Shown here: positions 40,522-45,414 of the stretch, piece by piece
Numbering within the stretch: the first letter of the stretch is position 1
Layout of the letters: every line of letters begins with the position of its first letter
NCBI GenBank assembly: GCA_046731555.1
Contig: JBKPLI010000107.1
Coordinates: forward strand, 1 to 45,414
DNA from: Actinomycetota bacterium
Lineage (GTDB): Bacteria > Actinomycetota > Thermoleophilia > Gaiellales > Gaiellaceae
Direction of reading: 5' to 3'
Length of the DNA stretch: 45,414 nt
Position numbers and translations under genes: made by a program
The notes under the pieces: model-generated
Database searches by the model: none
Seen by the model: the letters and a program-made list of their open reading frames with translations, nothing else
What the model was told of the DNA's origin: nothing

Positions 40522-41472
40522 ATGAGAAGCCCGAGCGCCGGCGTGGCCCTGGCCACGTCGACTGCCGTGATCTGGGGAGTCATGTTCGTCGTGGGGAAGT
40601 CGGCCCTCGAGCGGATCGACGCCTTCCACCTGACGACCATCCGCTATGCGGTCGCGGGGGCGGTGCTGCTCGTCCTCCTCGTGGCGGTCGAGGGGCTGCG
40701 GGCACTGCGTCTCGAAGGACGCGGGCTGCGGCTCTGGGCGCTCGGCTCGCTCGGCTTCGCCGGCTTCAACCTGCTCGCGTTCACCGGGCTGCAGCATGCG
40801 CGCGCCGAGAGCGCCGCCCTGATTGTCGCGTTCGCGCCGATGGTCACCGCGATCGTGCTGTGGGTGCGCACGGGCGTGCGGCCGCGCACGTTCGTCTTCC
40901 TGACGTTCCCGGCCGCGCTGCTCGGCGTCGCGCTCGTGATCAGCCAGGGTGATCTCTCGTCGATCGCCGGCGCGGTCGGCTGGGGCGACGTGCTCGTGCT
41001 CGCGGGGGTCGTCAGCTTCGTCGTGTACACGATCGGCGCCGCGGAGTTCCCGACGTTCTCGCCGCTGCGCTACACGGCGCTGACCGCGGGGCTCGGCTGG
41101 ACGACGGTCGCGTCTGCGACCGTGCTTGCAACGGTCAGCGGGCTCGAGCCGCTGCCCTCGGCGAGCGACGTCTGGGAGGTCACGCCGCAGATCACGTACA
41201 TCACCTTCCTCGGGGCGGTCGTCGCGGTGCTCGCGTGGAACGCGGCCGTCGGCTCGATCGGCCCGCAGAACACGGCGCTCTTTGGGAACCTGCTGCCGAT
41301 CACGACGTTCGGCGTCGAGATCGCGCGCGGCTACCGGCCGAGCGCGCTCGAGTACGTCGGCGCTGCGATCACCGTCGGCGCGCTCGCCGTCACGAACCTG
41401 CTCTCGCGGCGGCGTCCTGCGGCGGCGCGGGGGCGGGTCGAGGAGCGCGCGCCGCTCGCCGAGGCCGCCTAG
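40522..41472 (+). CDS. DMT superfamily (EamA-like) transporter
   Basis: GGAAGGAG lies 4 nt before ATG 40522. About 10 TM segments with two EamA-like halves (VIWGVMFVVGK...; VLVLAGVVSFVVYTI...). Confidence 0.85.
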   Translation: MRSPSAGVALATSTAVIWGVMFVVGKSALERIDAFHLTTIRYAVAGAVLLVLLVAVEGLRALRLEGRGLRLWALGSLGFAGFNLLAFTGLQHARAESAALIVAFAPMVTAIVLWVRTGVRPRTFVFLTFPAALLGVALVISQGDLSSIAGAVGWGDVLVLAGVVSFVVYTIGAAEFPTFSPLRYTALTAGLGWTTVASATVLATVSGLEPLPSASDVWEVTPQITYITFLGAVVAVLAWNAAVGSIGPQNTALFGNLLPITTFGVEIARGYRPSALEYVGAAITVGALAVTNLLSRRRPAAARGRVEERAPLAEAA

Positions 41473-42458
41473 GCGGGCAGCGCGCGGCGGAGCAGCCGCA
41501 CGAGGTTGCCCGAGAGGATCGCCTCGAGCTTTGCGCCCGCAAAGCCGCGCCGCCGCAGCGCGTCGACCAGCGCCGGGTAGTCCTCCGGCCCGGCGAGGCC
41601 GTCGATCGGGTCGGCGATCGTGCCGCCGTCGGGCAGCATCATCGCGGGCAGGTCCTGGAGGCCGAGCGCGAGCGCGACCTGGCGGATGAAGTCGGCTCCG
41701 AGCCCGACGTGCTCGACGCCCATCACCTCGACCGCATGCTCGACGTGGTCGACGACGCGGTCGATCGTCGGCCGCTTCGGGTCGACGACGATCGGCAGCG
41801 CCATCACGCAGAACACCCCGCCGCGCTCGGCGAGGGCGCGTAGCTGACCGTCGGTGACGTTGCGCGGCGTGTCGACGAGCGCGCGGCAGCCGGCGTGGCT
41901 CACGAGCAGCGGCGCGTCGGGCGCGGCCTCGAGCACGTCCGCGAACGTCCGGTCCGAGGCGTGGGCGAGGTCGATCGCGACGCCGAGCTCGACGAGGCGC
42001 GCGACGAGCTCACGGCCGAGGCGCGAGAGGCCGCCGTGGCCCGGCTCGCTCGCGCCGTCGGCGAAGGCGTTCCGACGGTTCCACGTGAGCGCGACCATGC
42101 GGACGCCGAGCTCCCAGAAGACCTCGATCAGCTCCGGGTTCGAGCCGAGCGGCTCGCAGCCCTCGAGCGACAGCACGAGGCCGATCCGCGCTTCGAGCCG
42201 GTCCAGATCGGCGCAGGTGTACACCTGCGCCACCCGGCCCGGGCACTCGGCCACGGCCCGCCGGAACGCGGTCGTCTGGGCCAGTGCCTCGGCGAGCGCA
42301 CGCTCGGAGCCGTCCTCGACGTCGGCGTAGAGCGGGCAGACCTGGAGCCCGACGCCGCCCGCCTCGAGGTGCGGCAGCCAGTAGCGCTCGAACGGCCTCT
42401 CCTCGGCCCGGCGGTGGACGAGCTCCGCGAGCAAGTCGTTGTGCGCGTCGGCGATCAG
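41469..42458 (-). CDS. Membrane dipeptidase (peptidase family M19, renal dipeptidase-like); start codon unresolved
   Basis: LIADAHNDLL (His-x-Asp metal ligands), VRMVALTWNRRNAFADG, IDLAHASD, LLVSHAG and HVGLGADF are all in one frame. No ATG/GTG/TTG lies upstream of the HND motif for more than 60 codons. Confidence 0.7.
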   Translation of the reverse strand: MIADAHNDLLAELVHRRAEERPFERYWLPHLEAGGVGLQVCPLYADVEDGSERALAEALAQTTAFRRAVAECPGRVAQVYTCADLDRLEARIGLVLSLEGCEPLGSNPELIEVFWELGVRMVALTWNRRNAFADGASEPGHGGLSRLGRELVARLVELGVAIDLAHASDRTFADVLEAAPDAPLLVSHAGCRALVDTPRNVTDGQLRALAERGGVFCVMALPIVVDPKRPTIDRVVDHVEHAVEVMGVEHVGLGADFIRQVALALGLQDLPAMMLPDGGTIADPIDGLAGPEDYPALVDALRRRGFAGAKLEAILSGNLVRLLRRALPA

Positions 42459-42476
42459 AGTCGCGAGACTACCGCC

Positions 42477-43559
42477 GTGACGACGGCGCCGACGCCCATC
42501 GCCGAGTCGCCGGGGCGCGTTCGGCGCCTGCGGCCCTCCTCGAGCTTCCTGGGCTTCCTCGGGCGGCGGCTCGTGGCGCTCGTGTTCCTCGCGGTGGGGA
42601 TCACGCTCGTCGTCTTCGCGCTGACGCAGCTCGTGCCGTCGAACACGGTCACCGCCAACCTCGGCGAGCAGGCGGCCGGCGATCCCGCGGCCGTCGAGGC
42701 GTTCAAGGAGAAGTACGGCCTCGACCGTCCGCTGCCCGTCCGGTACGCGATCTACCTCGAGCACGTCGTCCAGGGCGACCTCGGCGAGTCCGCGCTCACG
42801 CGGCAGCCCGTCACGCACGACCTGGGCACGTACATCCCGGCCACGGCCGAGCTCGCGCTCGCCGCCGTGCTGCTCGCGGCGATCTTCGGGATCTCGTTCG
42901 GCGTCTACGCGGCGATGCGGCGGAACCGGCCGGCCGACCACGTACTGCGCGTCGTCTCGCTCGGCGGCATTTCGATGCCGACGTTCTGGATCGCGCTCGT
43001 CGCGCTCTACGTCGGCTTCTACCGGCTCGGCTGGTTCCCCGGCAGCGACCGGCTCGACCCGGGGACGCTGCCGCCGCCGCACGTGACGGGCCTGTACACG
43101 GTCGACGCCTTGCTCGCCGGCGACTGGGGGCTCGCCGGGCAGGCGCTGCACCACCTCGCGCTGCCGGCGCTCGTGCTTGCCGCGTTCAACGTGAGCCTGC
43201 TTACGCGCTACACGCGCTCCGCCGTGCTCGAGGTGATCGGCAACGACTACGTCCGCGCGGGCCGCGCGAAGGGGCTGCCGGAGCGGACCGTGGTCACGCG
43301 CTACGTGCTTCGCGCCGCTCTGCCGTCGGTGATCACCGTGCTCGGGCTCGTGTTCGCGAACGTGCTCACGGGCGCCGTGCTCGTGGAGAAGATCTTCTCC
43401 TGGCCGGGCATCGGCCAGTACGCGTACAACGCGGCGATCGCGCTCGACGTGCCGGCGATCGCGGGTGTGAGCATCTTCGTCGCCGTCGTGTACGTGACCG
43501 TGAACTTCGTCGTCGACGTGCTGTACGGCGTGATCGACCCGAGGATCCGCGTCACGTGA
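42477..43559 (+). CDS. Peptide/nickel-type ABC transporter permease (DppB/OppB-like)
   Basis: FLGFLGRRLVALVFLAVGITLVVFALTQLVP, YVRAGRAKGLPE, IFSWPGIG. GTG 42477 is the first in-frame start. Confidence 0.85.
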   Translation: MTTAPTPIAESPGRVRRLRPSSSFLGFLGRRLVALVFLAVGITLVVFALTQLVPSNTVTANLGEQAAGDPAAVEAFKEKYGLDRPLPVRYAIYLEHVVQGDLGESALTRQPVTHDLGTYIPATAELALAAVLLAAIFGISFGVYAAMRRNRPADHVLRVVSLGGISMPTFWIALVALYVGFYRLGWFPGSDRLDPGTLPPPHVTGLYTVDALLAGDWGLAGQALHHLALPALVLAAFNVSLLTRYTRSAVLEVIGNDYVRAGRAKGLPERTVVTRYVLRAALPSVITVLGLVFANVLTGAVLVEKIFSWPGIGQYAYNAAIALDVPAIAGVSIFVAVVYVTVNFVVDVLYGVIDPRIRVT

Positions 43560-44422
43560 GCGCGCTCGCGCTTCGCCTGCGCGGTCGCCGGGCACGCGTG
43601 CGCCCGGCGTGGCGCCAGCCGCTCGCCGTCGTCGGCGCGGTGATTGCCGTCGCGTGGATACTCATCGCGATCTTCGCGCCGCTCGTCGCACCGCACGACC
43701 CGCTCGCGCAGGTGTTCCCGCCGAACGAGGCGCCGTCGTCGACGCACTGGTTCGGAACGGACGAGCTCGGGCGCGACGTGCTCAGCCGCGTGATCTACGG
43801 CTCGCGCATCTCGATCCCGATCGCATTGCTGCTCGTGGCGCTCGCAGGCGTAATCGGCGGCGTGCTCGGTGCCGTCGCCGGCTACCTGCGCGGTGTGGCC
43901 GACGGGACCGTGATGCGCATCACGGACCTCGTCTTCGCGTTCCCGGCGATCATCCTCGCGATGGTCGTGACGGCCGTGCTCGGCGGCGGCCTGCGCAACG
44001 CGGCGCTCGCGATCGTCGTCGTCGCTTGGCCGGCGTACGCGCGCGTCGTGCGCGGGCTCGTGCTGTCGGTCGGCGACTCGGAGTACGTGCAGTCGTCGCG
44101 GCTGCTCGGCGCGTCCGCGCGGCGCGCGCTCTTCAAGGACGTGCTGCCGAACATCGCAGGGCCGGTGCTCGTGCTGATGACGCTCGACCTCGCAAACGCG
44201 ATCCTGCTGCTCTCGGGTCTCTCGTTCCTGGGCCTCGGCGCGCAGCCGCCGCAGCCGGAGTGGGGGTCGATGGTCGCGACGGGCACGCAGTACTTCCAGT
44301 TCTGGTGGATGGGCACGTTCCCCGGCCTCGCGATCTTCACGGCCGTGCTCGCGTTCAACTTCATCGGCGACTCCCTGCGCGACCTGTTCGACCCGCAGAC
44401 CGCGTGGAGCACGGACGAGTGA
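43556..44422 (+). CDS. Peptide/nickel-type ABC transporter permease (DppC/OppC-like)
   Basis: GTGA overlap with the upstream stop. HWFGTDELGRDVLSRVIYGSRISI, EYVQSSRLLGAS. Confidence 0.9.
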   Translation: MSALALRLRGRRARVRPAWRQPLAVVGAVIAVAWILIAIFAPLVAPHDPLAQVFPPNEAPSSTHWFGTDELGRDVLSRVIYGSRISIPIALLLVALAGVIGGVLGAVAGYLRGVADGTVMRITDLVFAFPAIILAMVVTAVLGGGLRNAALAIVVVAWPAYARVVRGLVLSVGDSEYVQSSRLLGASARRALFKDVLPNIAGPVLVLMTLDLANAILLLSGLSFLGLGAQPPQPEWGSMVATGTQYFQFWWMGTFPGLAIFTAVLAFNFIGDSLRDLFDPQTAWSTDE

Positions 44423-44472
44423 GGCGTCGCTTGCGACGCCGTCCTCAGGCCGCGCGGGTCTCCCGCGCGGCC
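44423..44472 (+). other. Two tandem GC-rich stem-loops between the second permease gene and the ATPase gene
   Basis: GGCGTCG-cttg-CGACGCC (44423-44440) and GGCCGCGCGGG-tct-CCCGCGCGGCC (44448-44472). Confidence 0.5.
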
Positions 44473-44513
44473 GTCTGCGTGACTCTCCTGAAACGATGGA
44501 CGGAGAGGTGCGC

Positions 44514-45414
44514 ATGACGGTCCTCGCGGTCGACGGGCTGCGCGTGTCACTCCAGTCCGGCGACGGCCGCGTCACGGTCGTCGACGGCGTCGATTACCGC
44601 GTCGAGGCGGGCGAGGTGTTCGGCGTCGCCGGCGAGAGCGGGAGCGGCAAGACGATGTCGATGCTCGCGCTGCTCGGGCTCCTGCCGCAGGGCGCGCAGG
44701 TCGAGGGGCGCGCAGAGTTCGGCGGCCGCGACCTCCTGCGCCTCCCGCGCCGGCAGCTGCGTGACGTCTCGGGCCGCGACCTCGCGATGGTGTTCCAGGA
44801 CCCGATGACGTCGCTGCACCCGATGCTCACGGTCGGGAAGCAGCTGACCGAGCACGTGCGCCTGCACCTCGGGCTCTCGCGGCCGGACGCGGCGAAGCGT
44901 GCGGTCGAGTTGCTGCAGGAGGTGCGCATCCCCGATCCTGGGTCGGCGCTGCGCGCGTACCCGCACCAGTTCTCCGGCGGGATGCGGCAGCGGATCGCGA
45001 TCGCCGTCGCGCTCGCGTGCCGCCCGAAGCTGCTGATCGCGGACGAGCCGACGACCGCGCTTGACGTGACGGTGCAGGCAGGGATCCTGCGCCTCCTCGA
45101 CCGGCTGCGGCGCGAGGGCGATCTGTCCGTCGTGCTCATCACGCACGACCTCGGCGTGCTGTCGTCGATCGCGGATCGCGTCTCGATCTTCTACGCCGGC
45201 CGCGTCGTCGAGTCGGGCGAGCGCGAGGACGTGCTGCAGCGGCCGCGGCACCCGTACACGCGCGCGCTGCTCGACGCGCTGCCGCATCCCGAGGCGGCGG
45301 CCGACACGCCGCTCGTGGCGATCGGCGGCGCGCCGCCGAGCCCGAGCCGCATCCCGCCCGGCTGCGCGTTCCACCCGCGCTGCCCGTACGCGGTCGAGTC
45401 CTGCGCCGTGGAGG
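44514..45414 (+). CDS. Peptide ABC transporter ATP-binding protein (DppD/OppD-like), 3' end beyond the window
   Basis: GGAGAGG lies 5 nt before ATG 44514. Walker A GESGSGKT, signature FSGGMRQR, Walker B LLIADEPTTALD, and a C-terminal oligopeptide-type PPGCAFHPRCPY. The frame is open to the window end. Confidence 0.9.
   Translation, partial: MTVLAVDGLRVSLQSGDGRVTVVDGVDYRVEAGEVFGVAGESGSGKTMSMLALLGLLPQGAQVEGRAEFGGRDLLRLPRRQLRDVSGRDLAMVFQDPMTSLHPMLTVGKQLTEHVRLHLGLSRPDAAKRAVELLQEVRIPDPGSALRAYPHQFSGGMRQRIAIAVALACRPKLLIADEPTTALDVTVQAGILRLLDRLRREGDLSVVLITHDLGVLSSIADRVSIFYAGRVVESGEREDVLQRPRHPYTRALLDALPHPEAAADTPLVAIGGAPPSPSRIPPGCAFHPRCPYAVESCAVE

Noticed and set aside
1-45414. Mobile elements, integrases, tRNA/rRNA genes, toxin-antitoxin pairs, prophage remnants
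   Set aside because: None was recognised in any frame or intergenic region. The only scars of rearrangement are the kinase remnant (16626-16858) and the modest GC dip at 36.1-38.0 kb.

Overview
This window is a very GC-rich chromosomal segment with an extreme G/C third-codon-position bias. That bias creates many long spurious ORFs in the supplied track. The style is Actinomycetota-like (inference). I support about 43 protein-coding genes, one gene remnant and several hairpins or palindromes. I saw no rRNA, tRNA, CRISPR array, transposase or integrase.

Layout, left to right:
(1) 1-225: the 3' tail of a gene entering from the left edge.
(2) 352-10536: one giant 3394-aa Sec-signal protein whose C-terminal third is an RTX/beta-roll repeat region.
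(3) 10.6-19.1 kb: housekeeping and accessory genes. These are a DHFR-family gene coupled to a stand-alone NHEJ polymerase domain, an orphan membrane protein, a TfoX-N protein, an LLM oxidoreductase, an alpha/beta hydrolase, MarR, a PLDc_N-SHOCT membrane protein, a histidine-kinase remnant, GFA, a sugar-phosphate isomerase and a TIGR03118-like propeller.
(4) 19.1-31.5 kb: a probable import and catabolism island. A sugar-type ABC importer plus a MetE-like Zn alkyltransferase lie on the minus strand. They are divergent from an SDR, an HIBADH-like dehydrogenase, an M24 hydrolase, a bicupin, an XRE-cupin regulator, a Tat-DJ-1/PfpI protein, an LLM and a second MetE-like gene.
(5) 31.5-39.8 kb: a regulatory block. 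It holds an ECF sigma factor divergent from a SARP-cyclase-STAND-TPR megaprotein, then an orphan small ORF, a Dyp-type peroxidase and a secreted S8 protease.
(6) 40.1-45.4 kb: ArsR with a DMT exporter, an M19 dipeptidase, and a Dpp/Opp-type ABC operon that runs off the right edge.

The candidates I rank most worth follow-up are the SARP-cyclase-STAND-TPR/ECF locus (including its missing canonical start codon), the double MetE-like island, and the giant protein with a methionine-type RTX array.

All family assignments come from motif recognition in the translations. No database search was possible. Start codons are judgement calls.
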